Shown: positions 30,369-41,196 of the stretch, piece by piece
Position numbering within the stretch: position 1 is the stretch's first letter
How the letters are laid out: every line of letters begins with the position of its first letter
Origin: Sedimentisphaerales bacterium
GTDB taxonomy: Bacteria; Planctomycetota; Phycisphaerae; Sedimentisphaerales; Anaerobacaceae
DNA length: 64,000 bases
Assembly: GCA_963708075.1 (NCBI GenBank)
Contig: OY970194.1
Coordinates: 3,168,001-3,232,000, forward strand
Direction: 5' to 3'
The notes under the pieces: model-generated
What the model was told of the DNA's origin: nothing
The model's input: only the letters and a program-made list of their open reading frames with translations
Database searches by the model: none
Position numbers and translations under genes: made by a program

Positions 30369-32169
30369 TCAATGTTGTGAATCTGTAGAGGAGCTCCCCT
30401 GCTTCTTCCAGGCCCGGACATATTCGATGCGGAACGTCGAGGGAAGGTCCTTGTCGTCAGGCATGCCGAACCAGTCCGGCATCGTCTCACTGTCGAAGAT
30501 CAAGTACAGAGGCTGGTGCCAGTGCGTGTTTTGGACTCGCCGGACCAGCACACCATCAACGTAATACTGGATGTTGTCTTCGTCCCATTCCAAGCCGTAA
30601 ACGTGGAAGTCATCGGCCAGACGCCACGGCGCCTGCCAATCGCCGCCGATGGACCAATGCCGCTTTTCAGCCGGGGTGCGGAAGACGTGCACGTTCATGT
30701 GGCACTTATTCTCGTGGCCCGGGGCCTTGCCGCCGATCTCGAACACGTCGATCTCCGTCGCCCAGCCCGGCGTCGTGTCCTGCTGGAACCAGAAGGAGCT
30801 CGAACCGCCTGAATTCATCGGACGCGGCCTTGACTTCAAAGTACCCGTAGCAGGTGCGGTCCAGGCTGTGCACAGCGGCCGAAGTGTAGTCGTGATAGCC
30901 CTGTTTTCTGAACTCCTCCGGTACCGGCTCCTTGCGCATCGTCAGGAGCAACTGGCCGTGCTCGACCGTGACATTCTCAGCCTTGAAGAGAGCGGGCTGC
31001 CTCCCCTTCCACCACTCCATGTTGCGTACCCATTTGTTCGTGTCCAGAGAGCTGTTCTCAAACTCGTCGCTCATGGGCTCATATTTCACCCACACGCCGA
31101 CATCCGACTGGTGAGACAGCGGCAGAGAGTCCGTGACACGCTTGGGCGTCTCGCCAAGAGGTCCGACAAGCGTCCACTGGGCGGCGGCCTCCAGTACCTT
31201 TGCGGCCTCGGCAACTACCTTTCGCTCCTCGTCATCCAGTTGCTCGAACAATCGCCGGCCGCGCAGATCGAACGAGCGTCGTGGCTGTTGATCGGACGCA
31301 CCCCGCTGTGTCCCGTTGTGGAAACACCAGCCGGCGGCCCCACCCGCCACCGCGCCTCGCAAATCGGTCAGGAAATCAGCGGCCGTCGGCTCCCATTGCT
31401 CGTAGCCGCGTCGGAACGGCTCTTGATAATGCACCGGCACGACGCGCTCGATCTCCTTCATCAGCTTCAGGCATTCATGCGTCTTCGCCTCTGTCTGGCC
31501 CGGGGATTCGGCCTCCCGGGGCCGATGCGGGCTGAGGAAATCGGCGCCAACGGTCAACAGGGATTCACGCACGTCCTCGACACTGAGATCGTGTCCGCCA
31601 AATGAGGCGGTCACAAGACGCTGTGGATCGAGCCGGCGCACGCGGTCCCTCAATTGCTTTAGCTCCTCGGCACCGACATAGCGTGCGTCATGTACGTCGC
31701 GCTCGTTGGCAAGGTCGAGATACCAGTTGCGATACGGCTTCAGGGCATCAACCAGAGTCTCCACGGCACGCAAATGCGCCTCGGAATTCGGCAACAGCTC
31801 ACCTCGTGTGAGTGTGACATCGACGACGAGTCCCCGGCGATCGCACTGAGCCACAAGCCACTTGAGTCTGCCCAGGAATGGCTCTCGCGCACGGCCCTGT
31901 GCGTCCACGGCCGAGACGTTGTTCTCGAAGGAACTCCAGGTAGCCCAGATGCGAAGCCAATTGAACCGGCGCTTCTGGAAATCATCCAGATCGCTGCGGA
32001 TGAACTCTTCAGACGCTCCCAATCCCGCATAGTAGCTGAAACCCAGTAGAAACACCGGCTTGCCGTTCACGGTGAACCGAGTCCCCTCTGTGCCCAGCAT
32101 CGTCGCGTCTTGCCCCTTCGCCTGCAGCGATGCCACACAAAGGAGCAATGATATAACGAATCGTCGCAT
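30369..32169 (-). CDS. GH5-like TIM barrel fused to a GH16 domain, frameshift near 30825
   Basis: DLANE and YQEP in the N-domain; SDEF, YTSAAV, YGYFEVK|RPM, EIDVFE, FHVYGLEW in the C-domain. Confidence 0.8.
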
Positions 32170-32195
32170 TCATAATCCTCCTCAGCGATTGATAC

Positions 32196-33644
32196 TCAGC
32201 GTGCGCCGGGCGATGGATAACCTTTGGACGCGTCGTCGAGGACGAGGACCCAGTCGATCATTTCGCCTTTGTCGGGCGGCAGGAATTCCCGCTCGCCGGT
32301 GTTGGGGAACTCGCCTATGGCGGTAGCCTGGCCGCTGCGCGGGTTGTACCACCAGGCTTTGACCTTCGCACCTTTGATCACGTCCATGCGGACCTTGAAA
32401 GCCCGGCCGATGGGGGCATAAACCATCGCATACGTGCCGTCGGCGTCGCGCGTGGCGACAAAACGATATCGACCCGCCCCCGGCACGCTGGTCGGCACGC
32501 GGTCGGTCACGATGATCGAGTCGTCCGGCACGCGGGACAGGAAGGGACGCGACTCGATGAGCCGGCGACCGTACTGCATCTGGCCCGCGCCGGGCTGGTC
32601 AATGGCCTCAAACCACGGCATGAGCGGGTTGTTGATGGGATTGCGGTCCGGCTGCCACATCTGCCACACGGAGTGGTGGCCGTAAGTGTGACCGCAGGCC
32701 CCGCTGAACAGGTCCCAATAGAGCGGCCGGCGAACGTCCGAGGAAATCGAGTGCCCGAGCTTCTTGGGATCGAACGAGACCGGGTGGTCCTCGTAAATCG
32801 GCTCGCCGTCGAGAACGGGCTTGATCGGCGTACGGTCGTAGTCCACCCGCGTATTCTGGTAACCTTCTGTGAACTTCGCGTTGTGCCCATTCTGCCGCAT
32901 GTTGAAGTCGAGCCAATCGTCCCCGTGAAAATCCTCTGCCGAACCGCGACCGCCGCGAGGATGGAACGTCTGCAGATGTACGCCGCCGTCGCCCTTGCGA
33001 AGCCCGCGGGCCATGGCGCGGATGACCTCCTTCTGCTCCTCATTTTCGATGTTGCGGTCCCCGCCCAGAATCCAGATCAACCCCTTGTCCCGGTAGCGCC
33101 GCCCGAGCCACTCGCCATACGTCTCGGCGTTCTGAACAGTGAACAACGGCTTGTCGTCCTTCACTTTGTCATGCCAGTACCGTCCCCACGTCGGGAGAAA
33201 GCCGATGTACAGGCCGAGGGAATTGGCCTTGTTCACGATATAGTCCACATGGTCCCAGTAGTCATTACTGGGGCCGTCCTGGACCGCCGGGCGGGCGGGA
33301 TCGAGATCGGTCAGCGGCAGGTGCCCGTAAGGATTCGCATCCTTTTGTCCATCCACCTCCGCGATGGCCACGGCCTGGATCACCGTGAAGCCCTTGGCCG
33401 CCCGGTTCTCCAGGTACTTGTCCGCCTCCTCGCGGTTGAGCCGGTGGAATAATTCCCACGCCGTGTCGCCCAGGTAGAAGAACGGCGTCCCGTCCTCATG
33501 CACAAGAAACCGCTTGTTCTCGGAAACCTTGAGCGTAGCCGGCCCCGCCGTCGCAAGCGAAAGGGAAGCCAGGATAATCAGGACGGTACAGAGCGCGCCC
33601 AATATCGGGTGGGCCATGGACTCAGATGCAGACCTTTGCGGCAT
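32196..33644 (-). CDS. GH140 (apiosidase-family, DUF4038) glycoside hydrolase
   Basis: [54 protein letters not shown]. Confidence 0.9.
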   Translation of the reverse strand: MPQRSASESMAHPILGALCTVLIILASLSLATAGPATLKVSENKRFLVHEDGTPFFYLGDTAWELFHRLNREEADKYLENRAAKGFTVIQAVAIAEVDGQKDANPYGHLPLTDLDPARPAVQDGPSNDYWDHVDYIVNKANSLGLYIGFLPTWGRYWHDKVKDDKPLFTVQNAETYGEWLGRRYRDKGLIWILGGDRNIENEEQKEVIRAMARGLRKGDGGVHLQTFHPRGGRGSAEDFHGDDWLDFNMRQNGHNAKFTEGYQNTRVDYDRTPIKPVLDGEPIYEDHPVSFDPKKLGHSISSDVRRPLYWDLFSGACGHTYGHHSVWQMWQPDRNPINNPLMPWFEAIDQPGAGQMQYGRRLIESRPFLSRVPDDSIIVTDRVPTSVPGAGRYRFVATRDADGTYAMVYAPIGRAFKVRMDVIKGAKVKAWWYNPRSGQATAIGEFPNTGEREFLPPDKGEMIDWVLVLDDASKGYPSPGAR

Positions 33645-33785
33645 GTGATTCTTCTCCTTCTGTTTTTCTCACTCGTGTCTATTCTCCTGTCTTCAGGTAC
33701 AGCGGTGAGCTGGAGGCGGTGACGATTCCGTTTCCGGATGGGCCGGCCCGGACCGCTCCGGATGGGCCCAACTCATTCATCTCCC

Positions 33786-33977
33786 TTATCCGATCTTGCC
33801 GTCGCGGTCAATGTCCTCGCCGCGCATCTCCTCAAGCTTGCGGACCAGGGCACGGAGGGTGTCCTGCGTTGACCGAAGCTGGTTTTCGAGAGTCTGGACC
33901 CGATCCTCCAGCGAGTCGGTATTTCGCTTCTGCCCATACAGCAGACCCGTCTGCACGATTTCCCACAGTGCACCCAT
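33786..33977 (-). CDS. 63-aa coiled-coil protein with C-terminal DxDxDG motif
   Basis: RBS GGAG; MGALWEIVQTG...SLEDRVQTLENQL...EDIDRDGKIG. Confidence 0.7.
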   Translation of the reverse strand: MGALWEIVQTGLLYGQKRNTDSLEDRVQTLENQLRSTQDTLRALVRKLEEMRGEDIDRDGKIG

Positions 33978-34217
33978 ATGTATCTCCAGTTTGTTGGTGT
34001 CATTCTGCGCATCAGCCGCAGAGTCCTTCGCCGCAGGCATACTATCCCGGCAGACAGGCGGGGACAAGGCTTCCCCTTCAAAAAACGGGGAAATGGACCA
34101 GGGACTTGTTTGGTGGAGGAAAACCTGCTATAGTATCGGTCTTTTAGCGCTCCCGGCGGGGCTGTTGGGCGTCCGTCAGGCGGGAGCGGGAAACGATTCA
34201 TTTGAGGAGTCCATCGC

Positions 34218-36466
34218 ATGAGTCACTGTGTCGAGGATACACGCAAGAAGGCTGTGCCGACGATCAAGGAGCTTGTCACCGCCGGCGTGATCGCGCTGAA
34301 TGACGTAAAGGATTGGCTCAGAACCATTTACGAGATTCGCTACTTCGAGGAAAAGGTCTACGATCTGCTGGGGCAGAACGTCATCAAGGGGGCCTCCCAC
34401 CTGTACGCGGGACAGGAGGCGGTGGCCACGGGGGCCATCGCGGCCATGGAGCGGGGCGACGTCATTGGCTCGACCCACCGCGGTCACGGCCATTGCGGGG
34501 CTGTCGGCAACAAGTACGCCGACACGGAGCAGGACCGGCAAAATCACTGGAACGCCATGATGGCCGAGCTGATGGGCAAAGAGACCGGCTACTGCAAGGG
34601 ACGCGGCGGCTCCATGCACATCGCCGAGGTGGAAAGACAGAATAACCTCGGCTCGACCGGCATCGTCGGCGGCAACCAGCCCCCGGCCGTCGGGGCGGCT
34701 CTGGCGGAGAAGTTCAAAAAGAGCGGGAAGGTCGTCCTGTCATTCTTCGGGGACGGCTCATGCAATACGGGCACGTTCCATGAATCAATGAACATGGCCG
34801 CGACATTGAAGGTACCGCTCGTGGCCATCATCGAGAATAACCTCTACGGAATGAGCGTGCCATTCTCCGGAAGCCCGGTCGAGGGCACGCGCTGTGCGAG
34901 CAGCATCGAAGACATCGTGGTGCGTTCTGCGGCCTACAATGTGCCCGGCTTGATCGTCGATGGCCAGGATGTGATCGCGGTCTTTCTGGCGATCCGAAAG
35001 GCCATCGAGCGGGCCCGCAAGGAGAGCCTGATGACGATGGTCGAGTGCAAGACTTACCGCTGGTACGGCCACAGCCGCAGCGACCCGCGCGAGTACCGGA
35101 CCAAGGCCGAGGAGAAGGCATGGCACGAGCGGGACCCCATCACCGTCCTGCGGAACAAGCTCGCGTCCGAGGGGTTCTGCACGGAGGCGGAGCTCGACCA
35201 GATCAAGGACAAGGGCTTCGCGACGATCGAGACGGCGACGCAGTTCGCCATAGACAGCCCATTGCCGAATCCCGCGGATGTCGCCAAGGACGTGTACGTG
35301 CACGGAGACCTATCCGGCCAGGCTGATCGAGGATGAGAAGAAGACGGCCGCGAAGGTCAGAGAGGTTACGGCGGCTTTCGAGAAGTTCGTAGCCACCTCC
35401 GGAGCCAAGACCAAGAAGGAAGCGGTCGAACAGGCACGGGCCCAGATCAAATCCCAATATGGCATGAACGTCCTGAATATGGCCCAGGCGGTCACCGCCG
35501 CTCAGGCGGAAGAGATGCGGCGCGATCAGCGGGTCTTCGTCTTCGGCGAGGACGTCGGACTGTACGGCGGCGCCTATCAGGCCACGCGCGGGCTCCTGGC
35601 CGAGTTCGGCAAAGAGCGGATCATCGATACGGCCATCTCGGAGGCGGCCATCGCCGGTGCGGCGGTCGGAGCAGCCCTTCGAGGCATGCGGCCGGTCGCC
35701 GAGATCATGTACGTCGATTTCGTCACCATCGCCATGGACCAGCTTGTCCACGTCGGCGCCTATAACCGCTATATGTTCGGGGGCAAAGCCAAGGTCCCGA
35801 TGGTCCTTCGCACCGAAGGTGGCGTCGGCCGATGCATCGCGGCCCACCATTCGGAATCGCTCGAAGCCTGGCTGATGCACGCCGCCCGGCCTCTACGTCG
35901 TGATGCCCTCGACACCCTACGACGCCAAAGGCCTGCTCAGAGCGGCGATTCAGAGCGACAACCCCGTCGTATTCATCGAGCACAAGGCCACGTACGGCCA
36001 GACCGGCCCGGTGCCCGAGGGCGACTACATCATCCCGCTTGGCGTGGCGGACATCAAGCGGCCCGGCAATGACGCGACAATCGTCAGCTACTGCCGAATG
36101 GCTATGCGAGCCCTGGACGCAGCGAAGATCCTCGCAGATAAGCACGGCATCGACGCCGAGGTGATCGACATTCGGACACTCAAGCCGCTGGACATGAAGA
36201 CGATTGCCGAGTCCGTCCGCAGGACCGGCAAGCTGATCACCGTCAGCGAAGGTTTCTGCTGGTGCGGCGCGGGCCGCGAGATCGCGGGGCAGTACATGGA
36301 GTACGATTTCGGCGACGGTACTCACGGCTTCGACTACCTCGACGGCCGGCCGATCAACCTGGCCGCCAGGGACGTTCCGCCGCCCATGAGCGAGCCTCTC
36401 GAGGAAGCCAGCATACCCAGCGTTCAGCAGATCGTCGAAGCGGTGAAGCAAGCCGTCGGCGGATAA
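34218..36466 (+). CDS. ThDP-dependent 2-oxoacid/acetoin dehydrogenase E1, alpha-beta fusion; frameshifts near 35300 and 35885
   Basis: HLYAGQEA, THRGHGH, GRGGSMH, GDG...N, TYRWYGHS; then GEDVG, DTAISE, MPSTPYDAKGL, IDIRTLKPLD. No convincing separate beta start. Confidence 0.85.
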
Positions 36467-36510
36467 CCAACGGACACAAACTTACTCGCGAAGAAATGGG
36501 GAGTACATAG

Positions 36511-37776
36511 ATGGCACGAGAAGTGAAACTGCCGCAACTGGGTCAGACGATGGAGGAAGGGACCGTCGTCAATTGCCTTGTGAAGGTCGGCGATGAGGTC
36601 AAGAAGGGCGACGTAATCTTCGAAATCGAGACGGACAAGGCCACGCTGGAGATGGAGTCTCCCGCACCCGGCTTTGTGAAGTTCATCGTGGCAGAGATCA
36701 ACCAGACGTTGTCCGTTGGGGCGGTAATGATGATCCTCGGCGACAAGGACGAGCAGGTGCCGATGGAGTACGTAGAGCAGTTGACCGGCGGCAAAGGCTT
36801 GGCCGCCGGAGCCATCGTGACTCCTGCCGCCCAGATGCCGACCACGATTGCCCCGCTGGGCGCGATGCCTGAGCCGGGCAAACCGATGAGCAAGATCATG
36901 GCCTCACCGAGGGCGAAGAAGCTGGCGGACGATCTGGGCGTGGACCTGGCCACCGTCAAAGGGACCGGCCCGGCGGGCAAGATCACGGAACAGGATGTGC
37001 AGAACGCCGCGGCCGCAAAACCCGCTGCGAAGCCCGCGCCGGCGCCCCAGGCCGCACGCCCCGCCGCTGCCGCGACAACTCCCATGTCCCAGGCGACGCT
37101 CGGGAGCACGGTGAAGGTCAACCGCCTCCAGCGGATCACCGCCGAGCGGATGCTCAAGTCGAAGCAGGAAATCCCCTGCTTCTATCTGACCGTGAAGGTC
37201 GATATGACCGAGCTCGCGGCCCTGCGCACGAAGACGAACGAATCCGGCGACGTGAAGGTTGCCTATAACGATTTTATCATGAAGGCGGTCGCGGTCGGCT
37301 TGGAGAAGTACCCGATCATGACGGGCCAACTCGCCGGCGACGTGATCAAGTTGGTCGATACGATTCACGTCGGCCTGGCGATCTCCGTGTCGGACGGCCT
37401 TGTTGCGCCGCTCGTCAAAGACGTACACAAGAAGAACGTCCGGCAGATTGCCCGTGACAGCCAGGCCCTGATCGAGCGGGCCAAGAACGACAAGCTTGAC
37501 CTGTCCGACCTGGAAGGCGGCTGCATCACGGTCAGCAACCTGGGCGCGTTCGGCATCGAATCGTTCATCCCGATCGTCGTGCCCGGTCAGTGCAGTATTC
37601 TCGGCATCGGGCGAATCACCGACACCTGTGTCCCTGACAACGGCAACATTCTCATCCGCAAGCTGATGAACATGACGCTGTCCGCAGACCACAAGGTCGC
37701 CAACGGCGCCTACGCCGCCCAGTTCCTCGATTTCGTCAAAAAGATGCTGGAAGACCCAAGGCAATTTACGATTTAA
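36511..37776 (+). CDS. Dihydrolipoamide acyltransferase (E2)
   Basis: Lipoyl ETDKA, peripheral-binding ASPRAKKLA..GTGPAGKI, TVSNLG, DHKVANG. Confidence 0.92.
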   Translation: MAREVKLPQLGQTMEEGTVVNCLVKVGDEVKKGDVIFEIETDKATLEMESPAPGFVKFIVAEINQTLSVGAVMMILGDKDEQVPMEYVEQLTGGKGLAAGAIVTPAAQMPTTIAPLGAMPEPGKPMSKIMASPRAKKLADDLGVDLATVKGTGPAGKITEQDVQNAAAAKPAAKPAPAPQAARPAAAATTPMSQATLGSTVKVNRLQRITAERMLKSKQEIPCFYLTVKVDMTELAALRTKTNESGDVKVAYNDFIMKAVAVGLEKYPIMTGQLAGDVIKLVDTIHVGLAISVSDGLVAPLVKDVHKKNVRQIARDSQALIERAKNDKLDLSDLEGGCITVSNLGAFGIESFIPIVVPGQCSILGIGRITDTCVPDNGNILIRKLMNMTLSADHKVANGAYAAQFLDFVKKMLEDPRQFTI

Positions 37777-37852
37777 GATGTACGATTTACGATTGGGGCT
37801 CTCGCCGGAGCGACACCCAAATCATAAATCATAAATCGTAAATCATAGATCG
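37763..37852. repeat. Inverted heptamer arrays (GATTTAC / AAATCAT)
   Basis: About 4 units on each side of a GC spacer; overlaps the E2 stop codon. Confidence 0.75.
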
Positions 37853-37867
37853 AAAGGAGTGTCCCAC

Positions 37868-39595
37868 ATGGCCAAGAGAGGCGAAGCGACAAAGTTGCCG
37901 GCGATCCGCAAGGCCACACCGAAGGTCCCCGTGATCGGGGTGTTTGCCACGAGCGACCCGCGGATCGACGAGGACAGCCGCACACGCTGCCAGAATATCG
38001 CGCAGATGGTGGCCGAGACCATCAGCGGCGACGTGGTGCTGCCGGACAAGACGCCCGTCCCGGTCGTGTACTCGACCGTTCTCGTGGACGGCGAGGCCCA
38101 GGCTGACATCGTCGCCCAGCAATTCCGCAAGGCGGATGTGGATATCCTCGTTTGCGTGCCGGACACATGGGCCTTCCCGCAACTGACGGCGATCTCGCTG
38201 CTCCAGCAATTCCCGGCGGACACGCCGATCAACATCACCTGCGGCAACAGCGGCCCGAAGCCCGGGGTGGTCTATGCCCACGCCCTGAACGGCGCCCTGG
38301 CCCAGTACGGCCGCATGGCGGCGCTGAACGTAGGGACCTGGCCGGACGCGGGGCTCGACCCGGAGATGACCGACCAGACGGCCAAGAACCTGATCGACTG
38401 GTGCTACGCGGCCGTGACGGCCGTGACGCTGCGCGGCCGGCGAGTAGTGATCTTCGGCCACGATTCGATGGGCATGGAGACGGCGCTGGCACACGTGGTC
38501 CCTACGCGAAACGCCTTCGGCCTCGAAATCACGCGCCTGGACATGAAGCTGCTGGCCGATATGCTCGCCAAGAAGGCCTACAAGGATAAGGAACTGAAGG
38601 ACCTGCGGGCCTGGATCGATCGATATGTGGGCAACCGCCTGGACATGCACAGCGAACAGGACAGCGAGCGATTCAACATGTCGCTGGCGATGTACCTGAT
38701 CGTCCGCGATCTGCTGGCCGACCTGAACGCCGTCGGCGGCGGATTCATGAGCCAGCTCGAATGGGGCAGCGACCCGCGAGGCGTCCCCCTGCCGGTCGCC
38801 GATGTGATGGAGTCCTTCTTCAACAGCACTTTCGACCACACCGGCCCCAAGCCCCCCGTGCCCTACGCCACCGAAGCGGATGTCCAAGCCCTGTTGACCA
38901 TGCTGTTCATGACCTACCTCAGCGGCGGCAACCCGCCACTGTTCATGGATTTCCGAAAAGTCTGGGAAGCATGGGAAATCAAGGCACTGGCGGAAAAGCT
39001 CGGGCTCAAGAAACTCGATACGAGCGCCGATTGGTACACGAAGGGGCTGGTGGACGGGGACAACTCCGGCAGCGCTGCGTTTGATTGGGCCGCAGCGCCC
39101 GGAGCAACGGTCAAGCAGATCATGGAGCGGGTCGCGATGCCGCTGGCCGATCCGGGCTACTTCCCCGGCGGGGGCAACTCGGTCACGTTCCTGACGCCGG
39201 CCGGCATCAAGGGCATTGCCGCTCGCATGGCCTATAGCAGCATCAGCGGCCTGTTCAGCATGATCTGGGACGAGGCGGAGACGACGGAGGTGCCGAACGA
39301 GCTCGCCAAGGCCATGTGCAACCTGACCACGCCGACTTGGCCGCACACGTTCGTCGTACCGAAGTATGCCAGCATGCTCGAATACAAGCAGTACCCGCCG
39401 GCCAACCATTTCCACATGACCTGGAATCTGCCGGTGGCCCGCCTGCAACACTGGATGGACCTGATGGGCGTGCTGAGTGTCACGCCCTGGGTCGCCCGAC
39501 CTGCCTTCATCGAGGGCGAGGACCGGCCCCAGCCGCTCATCCATCTGATCAACGCCGGCGAGGAAGCCTACAAGCTGCTCGGCAAGCGCCGGTAG
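37868..39595 (+). CDS. L-fucose/D-arabinose isomerase-family protein
   Basis: SMGMETA, PYATEAD, FMDFRKVW, NSGSA, TTPTWPHTF, ANHF motifs. Confidence 0.8.
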   Translation: MAKRGEATKLPAIRKATPKVPVIGVFATSDPRIDEDSRTRCQNIAQMVAETISGDVVLPDKTPVPVVYSTVLVDGEAQADIVAQQFRKADVDILVCVPDTWAFPQLTAISLLQQFPADTPINITCGNSGPKPGVVYAHALNGALAQYGRMAALNVGTWPDAGLDPEMTDQTAKNLIDWCYAAVTAVTLRGRRVVIFGHDSMGMETALAHVVPTRNAFGLEITRLDMKLLADMLAKKAYKDKELKDLRAWIDRYVGNRLDMHSEQDSERFNMSLAMYLIVRDLLADLNAVGGGFMSQLEWGSDPRGVPLPVADVMESFFNSTFDHTGPKPPVPYATEADVQALLTMLFMTYLSGGNPPLFMDFRKVWEAWEIKALAEKLGLKKLDTSADWYTKGLVDGDNSGSAAFDWAAAPGATVKQIMERVAMPLADPGYFPGGGNSVTFLTPAGIKGIAARMAYSSISGLFSMIWDEAETTEVPNELAKAMCNLTTPTWPHTFVVPKYASMLEYKQYPPANHFHMTWNLPVARLQHWMDLMGVLSVTPWVARPAFIEGEDRPQPLIHLINAGEEAYKLLGKRR

Positions 39596-39879
39596 CACCG
39601 GCTGCTGACGTGGCCCCTGTGAAATGGTCGTAGTAAGGTCCGTCGGAATAGGCCGCAGTAGTTGCTGCGCACGCGTAAGAGAGACTGTACCGCCCAACTC
39701 GTGATGATAGAGCGCCCTATCTTATTGGGGCAGTAATTCCCGCAAGCTCGATTACGCAAATCCCCTATACCTTTGCATCCTCTTCCACTGTAGCCTACCA
39801 GTACTGCAGTTTCGTTGCCAGTTCTCAGCCGCCAACCGGCAACTGACAACCGGCAACTCTCTGTGAAGGAGATCTGGCT

Positions 39880-40260
39880 ATGCCGGAGTTCGTGAATCCG
39901 TTTACGGGGGTGGTTCCTGGACGCAAGCTGACCGAATCCGAGTTGCTGCGTGCGTTGCGGCTGAACCTGTCGGCTGAGGAGGAAGCGATCCACCTCTACA
40001 CGGCGCACGCGGATGCCACCGACAACGAGCTGGCGAAGAAGGTCCTCATCGATATCGCCAACGAGGAGCGCGTGCACGCGGGCGAGTTCCAGAGACTGAT
40101 CAGCATCCTGGCGAAGGATGAGGATGCGTTCCTCGCGGAGGGCGCCGGGGAGGTGGATGAGATGGCGGCCGGAAGAGGGCCCCAGATCACCCAGGCCCCG
40201 GAGCCGTCCGGACAGCGAACCATCCCGACGATCGGCAACCTGAGGGGATCTGCGATTTGA
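39880..40260 (+). CDS. Ferritin-like encapsulin cargo protein (Flp)
   Basis: EEEAIHLY and EERVHAGE di-iron motifs; C-terminal TIGNLRG cargo-loading-like peptide after a linker. Confidence 0.88.
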   Translation: MPEFVNPFTGVVPGRKLTESELLRALRLNLSAEEEAIHLYTAHADATDNELAKKVLIDIANEERVHAGEFQRLISILAKDEDAFLAEGAGEVDEMAAGRGPQITQAPEPSGQRTIPTIGNLRGSAI

Positions 40261-40326
40261 GATCGATGATTTATGATTTTGGCTCCCGCACGCTCGGACC
40301 CAAATCATAAATCGTAAATGGTAAAT
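40253..40326. repeat. Inverted heptamer arrays (GATTTAT / AAATCAT)
   Basis: Same family as 37763-37852; overlaps the Flp stop codon. Confidence 0.7.
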
Positions 40327-40344
40327 TATACATGAGGGACGGCG

Positions 40345-41157
40345 ATGTTCGAGCAATACTTGCAGCGAGGCGATGCACCGTTCGGCGAGAAGGTCTGGGA
40401 GCAGATCGATACCACCGTGGTCGAGGCTGCCAAGAGCCAGCTCAGCGGCAGACGGCTTCTGCGGACGTTAGGCCCCTACGGCACCGGGGTCAAGGCCCTG
40501 CCCTTCCGGGACTCACCCATCAGCGGCACAACCGTCCCGGGCGTCACTGTCGAGTCGAGCTGCATCATTCCCGTCGTGAGTCTCCATAGTGAGTTCACGC
40601 TGTCGGTGCGCGACGTTGCGGCCTTCGAGCAGGCGGGTACGCCTTTTGACCTCAACGCGGTGGCGGAAGCGGCGATTGCGGCCGCCCGTCAGGAAGAGCA
40701 AGTGATCTACAACGGCCTGCCGGCACTGAACACCGTCGGCCTGCTCAACACGCCGGGAACCCGCTCGGTCAAGCTGCGCCCGTGGAACGCGGTCGGTGAT
40801 GCGGTGGAAGACATCATCGGCGCCGTCACGGAGCTCGATTCCGGCGGCTTTATGGGGCCCTATGCGCTGGCCCTGACCCCCAAGTCCTACAATCACCTCT
40901 TCCGAAGGTACGAGTACGGAGACATGACGGAGCTGGACCACCTCCGCCAGGTCGTCACCGGCAACATCGTGAAGGTCCCCGCCCTGCCCGGCGGAGGAGT
41001 GCTCGTCGATATCAGCGGACCATTCGTGGATATCGTCCTCGGCCAGGACCTGATGGCGAGCTTCGTCGGACCGGCCCCCGGGCGGTACCAGTTCGCCGTC
41101 ATGGAGAGCCTCGCCCTGTGGGTCAGAGTCCCCGGCGCTATCTGCGTTCTGAAATAG
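40345..41157 (+). CDS. Family 1 encapsulin shell protein (linocin M18-like)
   Basis: YLQRGDAP...WEQID, LSGRRLL..GPYG, EEQVIYNG, GPYAL, LGQDL; 270 aa. Confidence 0.92.
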   Translation: MFEQYLQRGDAPFGEKVWEQIDTTVVEAAKSQLSGRRLLRTLGPYGTGVKALPFRDSPISGTTVPGVTVESSCIIPVVSLHSEFTLSVRDVAAFEQAGTPFDLNAVAEAAIAAARQEEQVIYNGLPALNTVGLLNTPGTRSVKLRPWNAVGDAVEDIIGAVTELDSGGFMGPYALALTPKSYNHLFRRYEYGDMTELDHLRQVVTGNIVKVPALPGGGVLVDISGPFVDIVLGQDLMASFVGPAPGRYQFAVMESLALWVRVPGAICVLK

Positions 41158-41196
41158 GCCCTGCCGGATCGGCGGGACCGCGCCTGCATTGCGTAC

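Noticed and set aside
35290..35310. Programmed frameshift between E1 alpha and beta
   Set aside because: No slippery heptamer, and similar indels occur throughout the window.
37685..37710. E2 DHKVANG as an inactive variant
   Set aside because: The catalytic His is retained and Asn at this position occurs in active E2 enzymes.
37763..37852. CRISPR array
   Set aside because: 7-nt units without spacers; no cas genes.
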